A DNA stretch of 64,000 nt from positions 8,187,241 to 8,251,240 of the forward strand of contig OZ316899.1 in NCBI GenBank assembly GCA_973895155.1. The letters are read 5' to 3'. Source of the stretch: Marsupella aquatica. Its lineage: Eukaryota; Plantae; Marchantiophyta. The notes beneath the pieces were generated by a model. The model saw only the letters and a program-made list of their open reading frames with translations. It searched no databases and was not told the origin of the DNA. Shown in pieces: positions 25,209-35,711 of this stretch (position 1 is its first letter; every line of letters starts with the position of its first letter). Position numbers and translations under genes: made by a program.

Positions 25209-28200
25209 TGTGATGCCTAGCCAGGAATCACTCGGCCAGTTAAGTGGGTAAAGCAGGAGTGCACCCTAGAAACACCTTAGTATAGGGACTAAACAAGGAA
25301 AATATAAACAATTAGGGGCGACTATGGAACCCGGGCCGAGGCCGGAGGTAAGGACGCTGGGGGTGAAAACTCGATTAGGGTTAGGGCGCGTTAAGCGTCG
25401 GCGGCTAGGAAGGATCAACGGGAGGAAGGACCGGAAGAGGAGAGGGGTAAGGAGCGCTTGCAGGAGATGGTGGCTCATTTGCGAGCACGAACTAGGCAGA
25501 CGACTACGGGAGGCCAACTACTGTCAGCTGCTTACGCAAGCACTCGGGGAGAGAGTAGATACCGACGATCGACCTAAGGAGGGTATGAGCAACGTCAATC
25601 AAGCGGCACATTTTTGGGGATGCCTGTTCGAATGGGCAACTGAGTACATCAAGACTTATGAGGACGAAGAATCAGAAAGGGCAGCTCGAGAACGGCAGGA
25701 GCTCGCTCGATTGTGGGAGCTGCAGAAGACGGCTTTCTTAGGAGGCGAACTCATCAAGGCCGAGTTCTTGTGGACTCCTACTTCCAATCAGCTTGACGAT
25801 CTTCTGTTTTGCGAAGACAGAATCATCGGCATTCGAGAGGCCATCAAGAACTGCAACGACATACACTGGGAATTGAAGGGTAGCACAGAAAGGTGGACCC
25901 CGGCAACGGTGCTAGGAGAAACCTCCACGGCAGCCGAGATGAAGAGGAAGGGAGCCGTCAACGATGAAGCCACCCCGACAAAAAGAACAAGGTCGGCGGC
26001 ACCAAAGAAGCCAACCGAGCAGCAGAGCAGGAGGTAGGGAGAAGCCGAAGAGGAGGAGGTTGATCCCATTAATGCCATTCCAACCAGGGATGACACCTGG
26101 AAAGGCTGGGCGGCAACCCTACCAGCGGAGGTGCAACTACATTTTGCACGGGAGGAGGATGCATGCTTTACGGCCATGCAGACCAAGAAGTACCAAGGCT
26201 TCATGGCCGGATCCGGCTTAGAGGCCTTTGTAAGATTACCATGGCTGAAGCCGGAGGTACCGGATTCAGACCTATTAGAATTCGTGGGGTCATGGGAACC
26301 CGAGACCAATTGCACGAGGATATATGGGAAGGATTTCTATCTTACTCCCAAGGTGATTGCCGAAGTGTTTGGCTTGCCAATAGGCAATAAGACCAAAGTT
26401 GATACCAGGAAGACCTTGCCTGACAAGGAGTTCCGGTTGTTCCCCGGGCCATCAACGAAGAATGGCTTCTTCCGGAACACCTGCACCAACCCGCACATAG
26501 GAGAGATGATCGACTTCTTGCGGGTGACCATGCATTGTAACTTGCCGAGGGCAGAGATCGGCAAGGCACAGGTCTATCTGGCAGAGAGGCCAGACCCAAG
26601 CCGGGACTACAACGGGTACCTCCTCAACCAATTGAAGAAGATCTTAAAGGAGGAGCAACAGGTAATCGGCATGGGGAGCGTGTCGCGACTTGGCTATCAC
26701 ATGCCGCTGTTGTGCCGGTATGCCAGAGGTCAGACCTTTGCCCCAGTACTTCCCCTGCAGGTAAGGGCACCCGAGGAAGCTCCAGCACCGAGGCCGGTAG
26801 CAGAGAAGCCTCAACCACTTGATAGCCCTACGATTGAGCAGGTGTTCAGGCCAAGGAAGGAAGACTTGCCGATGCAGCAACCAAGCATGCAGAATCTGCT
26901 GGAAATGCTGGAGAAGGAAAAGACGGCACTGGCACCAGCTTCGGCAGCGGCACCAATACAGGACACTGCCCCAGAGGTCAACCTAAGCAGACTTAGAAGG
27001 GAAAACCCCTTTACCAGAAATAAGGAGAGAATCAGGCCAGAATCCAAGCCGGGTGTTCGAATATACGTGGGAGTCTCAAGCTCTGAATCTAAGGCAGAAT
27101 TGCCTGAAGCTCCTACCGGCGAAGACGAGAGGGAGAAGCCGGAAGTCCAAGGGTTGGAGGAGGCAGTGGAGGACTGCAGCCATGATAACTCCGGCTATGG
27201 GTCGGACCATCACGTTCCAGGAGTAAGGACCTGTGGCCGGTTTATCCCCACACTTCCAAGGGTAGTACGAGGGGACCCCAACCAGCAGAGTAGCCCTGAG
27301 TCTCCCCCACCAGATGTTGCTCCCCCGAGCTTTGACGGCATAAAACAGACGGCGCAAGAATTTCAGGAGCAAATCAGGCAGGAAGAGGAGGCAGCCCTGG
27401 CTAGGGAAAAGGATTTGCCAGGAGGAGATTGGCCGGAGGACATCAGGCGGCTAGCCGAAAAAGGAAGCAAACCTCTAGCCACGATTGAAGAGATCCGCAA
27501 GACGGCTTGGGAGCAGAGGCCGCGATGGGCAATGCCGATCTTCTACTTACTCCACCTACGCTAAGAATAGAGCCATGGAGTATGGTGAGATGTGTGGGGA
27601 ACTTGCGCTCGGCATCTTTGCGGAGGAGTTGGAGGTAGGACCCTTTTTCCATAGGGAGCAGTTGGAGAAGCACCAATTAGAAGAAGCGGTGGCTTTAGAG
27701 AGAACCAAGAAGGACGAGGTCATCCGACGGCTTAGGAGGATGGAAGCCGAAATTGAAGATCTAAGGGCGGCCAAGAAAGCCCAAGATGAACTGCGGATTA
27801 AGCGGCATGAGCTGAACATCATGCAGGGGCAGTTGGACACAGCGCAAGCTGATAGTCAGATTATCAAGGATAAACTGACTCACACCCAGGGAGAATTGGC
27901 CGACGCAATCAAGGACAGGGATAAATGGAAGAAGGAGGTGAGAGACGCAGAGGAGACCCATATAGCAATCAACAACCGGGTCACGGCGGAGACTCAGAGA
28001 AGGGAGAGGGCGCTGAAGGGAGAGCTCGAGGTCATCCGCAGAGCCCTTGAGCAGAAGGAGGCCGAGTTAGGGAAATCCTATCAAGGGATTATTGCGCTAC
28101 AGCAGGAGCTTGCGTCCCTAACGGCCAGCTTCAAGGCCGACCTTCGGGAGAAGGATGCCCAGCTCGACCAGACTTATGCCAAGATGAATAACATGGAGTC

Positions 28201-29885
28201 TGAGGTCATAGCGGAGCTCGACAAGGAGCTAAGAGCAACCCAGGAGGAGAGGGCTACCACCAAGAAGGAATTGGAGGAAGCCCACAGGGAATTGGAGGAA
28301 GCCAAAAATGAGCTGGAGGAGGCACGTAAGGACCTGGATGAGACCCAGGAGGAGTTGGAGGAAAACACGAGGAAGATGGAGAACCTACAACGGCGGGCCG
28401 ACAACCAAACTGAGCGGCTGAAGAAACAAGCCGCAGTATTTAAATGCTTAGCTGCATCAGGTCCATCTCCCGTTGGGGCAAACCAGTTACCAGGGGTGGT
28501 AATTGCCGAAGGACCAGCCGTGACACACGGCCCGGTGCCGGACGTTGGCGGCAAAGGGAAGGAACCGGCTGTGGAGATAGTGAAGAAGAAGAAGCGGAAA
28601 CCTTCGGGGTCCGGAGGTTATTCGACCCCTCAAGCCGTACTCAAACCGGCACCAACCTCCGGCATGAACACGGCAATAGATTCCGCTATCACCAAAGGTG
28701 GGGATGATGCGGCCCAAGCCGAACTACTCAGTAATGAGGCCGGTATCTCAGATCCACCTCTTGAGCAGGCCAGGGAGACAGTGGCCGAAGCTGAGGCCGT
28801 AGCCGAGAATGATTCCCGAGCCGATGCCGAAGCCGAGGGTGGGCCCAGTCAGGCCGATGAAAAGTTGACTCGGTCAGAGGCAGGTAATCTGTTAGAGGAT
28901 GAACCTACGGCAGTGGCTGAGGAGGAAGCGTTGGGGGCGTCCATTGAGGATCCACCACCGGTGTCGTGACGGTGCAAGGGCGCCGTTCCTTTTAGGAAGG
29001 GCGGACGTGGAGGTAGGAGGCGTGAGTGGGCAGGGCGGGCGCTGATCTCCAAGTTTAGGATTAGGATCAGGACCAGGAGGCGGCCCTGACACTTAGCTTA
29101 GTGGAATTGCGGTTCCACGAGCAGGAGCAACACTTGTGCTCCTGCCTTGCTGTACATAGGTAGATTCGGGCAGGTAGATTACTGTTAGGTAGGTTAGGCT
29201 TACGCTGCAAAGAATTAGGCGGATCCACTACCAGGATAAGTACCTGGGCAGCGGGGAGCTCAGGGCCTCTTCTTTAGCAAGTTTTTAGTTTGCACCAGCC
29301 GGGCTGGGATCAAGTAGTAAGAGAAGCTCTCGGTTAGTCATACCGCGACCTTGTGTATATTCATGTTTCCTCATGCCTAAGAGCTGAATAGAGTTGGCCT
29401 CACGGCTTAGTTCGCAGAACTTGTGTATGAGATGTACTGTTTGTATGGCAAGTGCATGGTATGACTCAGTCAGAAGGAGTCATTTTGCTATTTGTGTGTC
29501 GCATTAACTTGTGTGAAGAGTGCCCACATCAACCAGAAGGAAGAAAGTAAGCAAGGGAGTGAGAGTTGGATGTGTCGAGCTGAGAGAGGTCTTAGCGGCT
29601 TAACCAAGCCTATTGGGGATCATTCCGACGGCGGAATCCAAACATACCTAACCAGAAGGAGAGGAAGACAAGGGAAGGCCTAGATTAGGCCGGCTACGTA
29701 TCTCATGACCCGATGAAGGATCTGTCCCGTATATGTGTGTAAAAGGCTAATAGTAATAGTAGAAGGAGGTTAGCAGCGTCCCATGCCGCTAAGCCGCGGA
29801 AACGGCCTCGCCAAGCGTGAAACCTGCGGGAATCGGCTTGAGCTGGGGGGTTTCTTGGGTTTAGGGAGCCATGGGACGCACCACA
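25209..29885 (+). mobile_element. 4.68-kb protein-coding solo LTR (copy A) of the long-LTR gypsy family
   Basis: Starts TGTGATGCCTAGCC and ends GGACGCACCACA. TSD TCATC at 25204-25208 and 29886-29890. Colinear along its whole length with LTR 59165-63845. No gag or pol inside. Confidence 0.92.
25324..28969 (+). pseudogene. LTR-encoded accessory protein (~1,200 aa reconstructed): conserved LPW..EF..FGLP domain plus long coiled coil
   Basis: ORFs 25324..26037 and 26131..27564 are in the same frame, separated by one TAG that is CAG/Gln in copy D. A single frameshift near 27540 leads to ORF 27485..28969, which is rich in E/K/L heptads. Confidence 0.8.
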
Positions 29886-31069
29886 TCATCCACCCTCACC
29901 AAGATGAGACCCTCATTCCTTCCGTGTTATGTCACCAACCCCAGCCAAGGTTATTTCCAATGCAAGCCACCACCTGATTTGAAAGGAATTGAGTAATACC
30001 TAATGGGGTCTTTGTTGGAGTGCTTATAGAATCTGACTGACTAGCCTCGGCGGATTGTTCTTTGTCAACCTTCTTCTTGCCTCCTTCCTTTCGGGCCTTT
30101 TTCCCATCATAGGCTTGGTCCATTGGGATTATGGCCTCCAACGCTATTGCTTGGGGCATAGAGTCCATCAATTGTCGTAGCTTGGATATATCGTAGTAAT
30201 TTGTAGGCTCCTGTTGGTCCTTCAGCTTCATTGCACACTCCTTCTCAGCGTCTGTGACGCCGCCGGTACGGTGGGTAATGAGTGATTTGGCCTAACGACG
30301 CTTAGCACACGCGTTAGGGGTATCTTAGGCCGTAATTATTAGCATAACGACAATATTTAGGTAGCCATTATGAGTAGGAAATCATTAGTCAATAAGGGGC
30401 ATTCGTATTCGGGCTGGCGGTGGATCGCCATTTGCACGCCCGGATTGCAAGCGTGTAATGGGCCCTCCACTCTTTCCCCTTGAGTCCGTATAACAAATTT
30501 TGGGAGGCGGCCACTGACATGCGCTGACCCGGACTGGCGGAGTGGCCGGTACACTGCAAGCATGAAAGGCTCGGCCTATAAGCAACGAGGAGGCGACAAG
30601 CGATTGACGAGCTCTTAGGGTATAAAAAGGGGGCCGATCCTTTGCAGTGCACCAGTTCTTCAGCCCATGCGCCAGCTTCAACCCCAGTTCTCTTGCTTAT
30701 CCTTAGTCGCCTTCCATCTCCTTTGAATGTCGCACACGATCCTTTCCAGTTTGGCCATACGATTTTGGACGCAATTCTTGTCTATTGGAGGGCACTTGGC
30801 CGACTCGTTGAAACACACCAACCCGTGACGATACAAGATTGAACACGAGTACAAGAGAGCCACCTGCCTAGCAGGCCGCCATCACTATCTCCTTAACTTT
30901 GATTACTCGTCCCAGAGCAAGCTTTACCGACCCAAAGAAATATCAGGGTACTTCTTTGACGGAGGCAAATATATCGGCTTTGGGGAGGCATTGCTTTGGC
31001 TCCCGGACAAGGTCTTCAATACCCGGGCACGATCAACCTACAACAGCACCATTTTGACCACATCCCCGC

Positions 31070-32859
31070 TTGGGTCCAGGACATCATCAACAGCTAGTCC
31101 AGCGCTACCCTGATACAAGGGCGTCTAAACTTGCGTCAGAAAACCTCTACCTGCACCTACAGAATTTCATGGCAACCACACCATCGACCACCGATGCCAG
31201 CCCAGCCGTGCCCGCACCAGCACCAGCTCAGGCTCAGGCTCCGCCTCAACTTAGCCAACCCCCGCCACCAGTCGCCCCACCCCTACAGGTGAGATCCGTC
31301 ATCAACGTTGTGGACCTCAGCGACGACAAAGAGGCTACCTTACCCCTGCTCAGGCGGCCTAGAGGAGCAAGTACCCAGGGAGCCGACACTACATCGGCCC
31401 TTCCCCAGGCCCAGACCAGAGTAGCGGCTCCAGCGGACAACACGGTGACCATAGCCGCCCCGGCCCCAATACTAACGGTGGTGGCACTACCTACACCCGA
31501 TCAAGAGGATGGGGAGGTGTCACCCTCCCCGAGCCAGTCTCGGGGAAAGAAGAGGAAGGAACCCGCAGCTATATCCGGACTACCCATGGCCACGGTAGCC
31601 GCGGCCAAGGTAACAATGCACCGCATGGGGGAAAACGTGCATAAGAACATCCTCCACCCCAAACATGCGATGTACTTGAAGACTCAGGGGTTTGAGCACC
31701 TCGCCTCCCTCCCCTGGAACACCTGCAGATACTACGGGGAGGACATGACGGAGTTCGTCAAGAATTAGGACGACATCCGTCAGCATAATCGGCCGCGGGG
31801 GAGGAATATGTCCCTCACAGAGGAGCGGCTCAGGATGATCTTTGGGCTACCCGAGGGCGATCACCGAGTCGAATCACGGGCTCCCGAGGGCAAGGGAGCC
31901 AAGTTTCAATCCTCAAGTTTTCCCTCCGAGGGGTCAGTGGACAACGGGTTTGTGATGAGGACATGCCTCATCCCCGAGATAGCTGAGCAGTTGGAGTTCC
32001 AGAGGTACGCCCTCCACATGATGGAACCCCGGGGTGAGATCTCCGCTGCCTAGGTTATCCAGGTTGAGAACTATCGACCTAGGAAGTGGGCTTTGTACTT
32101 CGCTAAGAAGTTCCATGAAGAGATGGAGCGGCAAAGGAAGTTGCTATACATCGGCTGGAAGGCGTCTTTTGTGAGCCACATCAAGATCATTCTCGAGTGG
32201 TACGCCCGGTTTGATCAACAAACCCTTCCCCGGGTCAACGTAACTAAGTTGGTCCCAACTAAATGGATCTTCCCGACCTTGAGAGACAGCCTCAACCCGA
32301 GGCCTGAAGTCTGGCGGCGACGCAGGCCTCACCCATCCAACCTCCACAGGTAGCGGTAGCCGTGGCCGAAGAAGTACCGGAAGAGGCAGTGATCGCAACC
32401 TTAGACATGATCAACCAGGTTGGGCCTGGTGCAGAAGTTGGGGCGGTGGAGGCCTTGTCCGAGCCCGAGGGTCCAGAAGACCCACTAGTGGCTATTCCAG
32501 AGGACAGCCCGATGGTGGAGGAGGACACTCCAGCCCCTTCCAACACTACATCCCCAGGGCTGGATGTCACTACCCCGGCTCCCACGCGAGTTAACGTCTG
32601 CCCGTGCCCAACTCCAGACGGGCATAACCTGGACCACCCGGAACTCTTCATATCAGGTATATTTCTGAGTGTGCTTTTGGGAGATTTCTCCCAACAGATA
32701 GCCCAAGATACCGGGGAGTTCATGGCTCGGAAGGTAGCCTACTTCTTCAATCAGGAGTTGGTTACCGCAGTAAAAGCAGGTCGGGCTCAGTCAGAGGCCC
32801 TTCAGCGGATAGAGCGGTACCGGGTTGAGTCCGTGTACCTAAAGGATGAAGTTGCAGCT
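31070..32859 (+). pseudogene. Homolog of the LTR-encoded accessory protein (family 2), continuing in frame at 63851-64000
   Basis: GFEHLASLPW..MTEFVKN..LTEERLRMIFGLPEG..DNGFVMRTCLIPEIAEQLEF. Removing the insertion gives KDEVAA|QEVELLQLRPKV..KIAHLQTQVDSL (coiled-coil-like). Confidence 0.75.
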
Positions 32860-33103
32860 TGTGGTGCGTCCCATGGCTCCCTAAACCCAAGAAACCCCTC
32901 TGCACAAGCCGATTCCCATAGGTTTTGCTCTTGGCTAGGCCAATTTTGCGGCTATGAGACATGGGACGCTACTAACTTCCTTCTACTACTATTTAACATT
33001 TTACTCACATATACTGGACAGATCCTTCATCGGGTCATGAGATACGTAGCCGGCCTATTCTAGGCCTTCCCTTGTCCTCCTCTCTCGGTTTCCCTTTAGA
33101 TAT

Positions 33104-34493
33104 TGTGGTATGGGTGTCCCTGCAATTTTTTCTGGAAACTTGTTTATTTTTAGCATATCACAAGATTTACTTACACTTTAGACACCTTCCGGCCAACATT
33201 TACTTGTTCTGGACACTTATAGAAATATTTGACATCTCCGGCTTTCCTGACGATTCCTAGTGTACTTTGCCCGACGCTGTGACCAGCGCCCGTTTCTTTT
33301 ACTCAAGACGCTGCGGAAGCGTCCAACCTCCTCATGACGCTTTTGGCAGTGCCCGACCGCCACCAAGACTCTATGAGGATTTCGACCGACGCTGTGGAAA
33401 GCGTCAGCTTCAACACACGACGCTGTGAGCAGCGTCCACCCTAGTATTGACGCTGTGAGCAGTGTGAGCAGCGTCCGTTGGTTTTACTTAAGACGCTTCT
33501 AGCAGCGTCCAGATTCTCCCGACGCTTCTAGCAGCGTCCGCTCAACACTTAGTTTTTGAAGTAGATTACTAGTAAAGTAGTATTCTACCACCCTTGTTGA
33601 AGTACTTATGCTGTGCTTCTCCCTTGTTTAGTTTTAAGCTTGGAAAGGCACGACTGTTCTTACCTCCTCCATTTTAGGATTCCAGCACTTATAAGACAGA
33701 GTAGAATGCTCATTTGAAGTAGAGAGAAATAGAGTTAATACTGTATTCAGAATTGAGTCTTCTGAATAGTTTTCTCCTCCTTCCATTATAACAAGGCATG
33801 CTGTGAGTGTTTTGTATGGAAGTAAAGCTATATTGATTGAAGTTAAGATTGAATTTAAGAGATTCCTGTGGTGATTGAATTCAGTTGCAGATTTCTGAAA
33901 CTCGTATTGAATTCACTGCTAGGCTTGCTTGCAGAGTCGGGATTCGCTAGCCAATTCAAGAATAGTTAATGATAAATGAGAAGTAAATTCTGATTCTCAG
34001 AGTAGTTAGTACTGTTGCTTTGATTCTGGAATATGGTTTAGAGTTTGACTGAATTGCGTATCGCTGATGTCAAACCATGTTGACGGCATTTTAAATCATA
34101 TCATTCATTTGCAATCAGAAAGCTTCTGCTTCATCAGATTGAGAATTCCATTATCATTAACCTTTGTGTTTTGAAGAGTGAGATGGATGAATTATGAGAT
34201 AGATTTCATGTCTATACTGAGCCCAAATCCTTTCTGAAGGAGTGGCAGTAGCAGTTTGTAGTCTCTAAATCCTTACTCATTTCTTCTCTAATTCATAAAT
34301 CAGAAGTTCAGTTACTTTGTTGTTTGTTTATTCGATTTTTTTATTGAGAAGTGAAGTCAACATAGAGCTCAAGACTCTAAATCACTCGGAGTGATAAAAG
34401 TTATACAATTCATTCTGAAATCTGTTCTTAAAGGGATCGAAACCCTGGTTTTAGGTGAGGAGAGTCACTTTTGATACTTAGCACTATACGACA
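33104..34493 (+). repeat. 5' LTR of the Athila-like element
   Basis: TGTGGTATGG..CTATACGACA, followed by the PBS. Confidence 0.95.
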
Positions 34494-35711
34494 TCTTTTT
34501 GGCGCCGCTGCCGGGGAACGAATTTAAGATTGAATTGACGTACAGGCAGTGTATGCCAGAAGGAGCTAGACGGGAGAGGAATTCACGTTCTACTATAATT
34601 GTGAAGATGCGTCATCACTCCAGTTAAAAAGATGAAGAGCTTCCATTTCGAGGTGATGCCGTACTCTATCCAAAGCGCCCCGGAAGCTCTCTTAAGAGTA
34701 TTGGAAAAATTTGTGGTGCCAAACTTAAGAGAAGAAACCGCCCTCCCACCAGAAAAGGCCTCACAGAGAGGAGCTGTTGCTCGTCAAGTTGCTTTGGAGA
34801 TAGTCGAAGACACCAAAGACACTTTGAGTGACAAGTGAAGTTATTCTAACGTTGCTCGGGACGTATGATTTGTAAAATTGTCCAACCATCCTGGTTCGTG
34901 TGACCGATGCCACCTATCCGATCTTTGGGAACATTAAGAATTAGGAATTTGAGGAATCGTTATGTTAATTCTTGGGTTCTGAGCCTGAGAGGGAGGAATG
35001 GCATACATTGGTTAACTATCACCTGGTGGGAAGATGAAAGTTTGCATTTAGTAATATTAAGGCTGAATGGTAGGATCACACAGGAGTGATATTTAGTCAT
35101 TTCCATTCGGGAGTTAGCGGAAAGAATCATGCACCAGGAATTGCGTAGAAGATTAGGAAGGAGTTAGACGTCTGATTAGTAGGATGGCCTAGTGTAGCGT
35201 ACCATGTGGTAAAGAAATTTCAGGGTGAAGGAAGTCGGAGATTATGGGGAACGCCCGGTTCCAGTAATCGCCACCGTAAAGGAGATAAGGAAGGACGCCG
35301 CGAAGAGCGTCCAATGCGATTCGTCCCAGAAGATTCCGCAAGTCAGAACGCTTCGAGTAGCGTCCGATCCCAGTGGACGCTGTGAGCAGCGTCCGGTGGA
35401 ATCTGTGACGAACCAACGTGCGCGACGCTTCTGGTGTGCCTTTCCGCGTCTCAACCTGAAGGACGCACCAGAGAAAACGAGGTTTTAGAATCTCGGCTGG
35501 TCACTGAAGGGAAGTATTAGCTACGGGATAGCAAGGGGGAGGAATCATGCAAGGGATGTTGAACGACGCTACGGGAAGTCACTTTGAGGAAGCAGGTTCA
35601 TATCTCCCGGAGTGGGGTGATAACGTCGCACCTAAATGGTGACTCCTTGCATAAAGACTCCTGAGGAGCGGGTCTGGTGTCTCAAAATCACCCGTGCTTG
35701 GAGAATGAGGG

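Larger units (their letters stand above)
16116..30252 (-). pseudogene. Large decayed multi-exon gene (acidic low-complexity region, methyltransferase-fold-like segment, C-terminal Ulp1), probably transposon cargo, disrupted by three LTR insertions
   Basis: Exon 30252-30000 splices through a phase-1 GT..AG intron (29999-24910) in frame to exon 24909-24470. That exon continues across the ACGT TSD into 19311-18658 (..SKAR|DEEFPP..). Further GTAAG donors lie at about 18657, 18111 and 16960. Linkage to the Ulp1 exon is inferred from shared strand and shared intronic motifs. Confidence 0.5.

Noticed and set aside
27485-28969. Coiled-coil ORF as a host myosin, SMC or tropomyosin-like gene
   Set aside because: It has no motor or ATPase motifs, lies inside a TSD-flanked LTR and recurs in the other LTR copies.
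25209-29885. Copy A as a DNA transposon or LINE
   Set aside because: It has no long TIRs, transposase or poly(A) tail. The same sequence serves as the PBS- and PPT-adjacent LTRs of the 32860-63845 element.
14238-30252. Ulp1 gene as cargo of the MULE terminus at 14238 (Kaonashi-like)
   Set aside because: A second terminus-like end at about 14566 closes that element at about 330 bp, and a LINE fragment intervenes, so the link is not supported.
32860-33063. Hydrophobic C-terminus of ORF 32362..33063 as a transmembrane env-like tail
   Set aside because: It is read-through into the antisense strand of the inserted LTR. The real frame continues at 63851.
34632-35488. Short ORFs in the leader of the young element as an Ogre-like 5' extra gene
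   Set aside because: They are under 90 aa, in different frames and without recognisable motifs. They could be uORFs, but this cannot be supported here.
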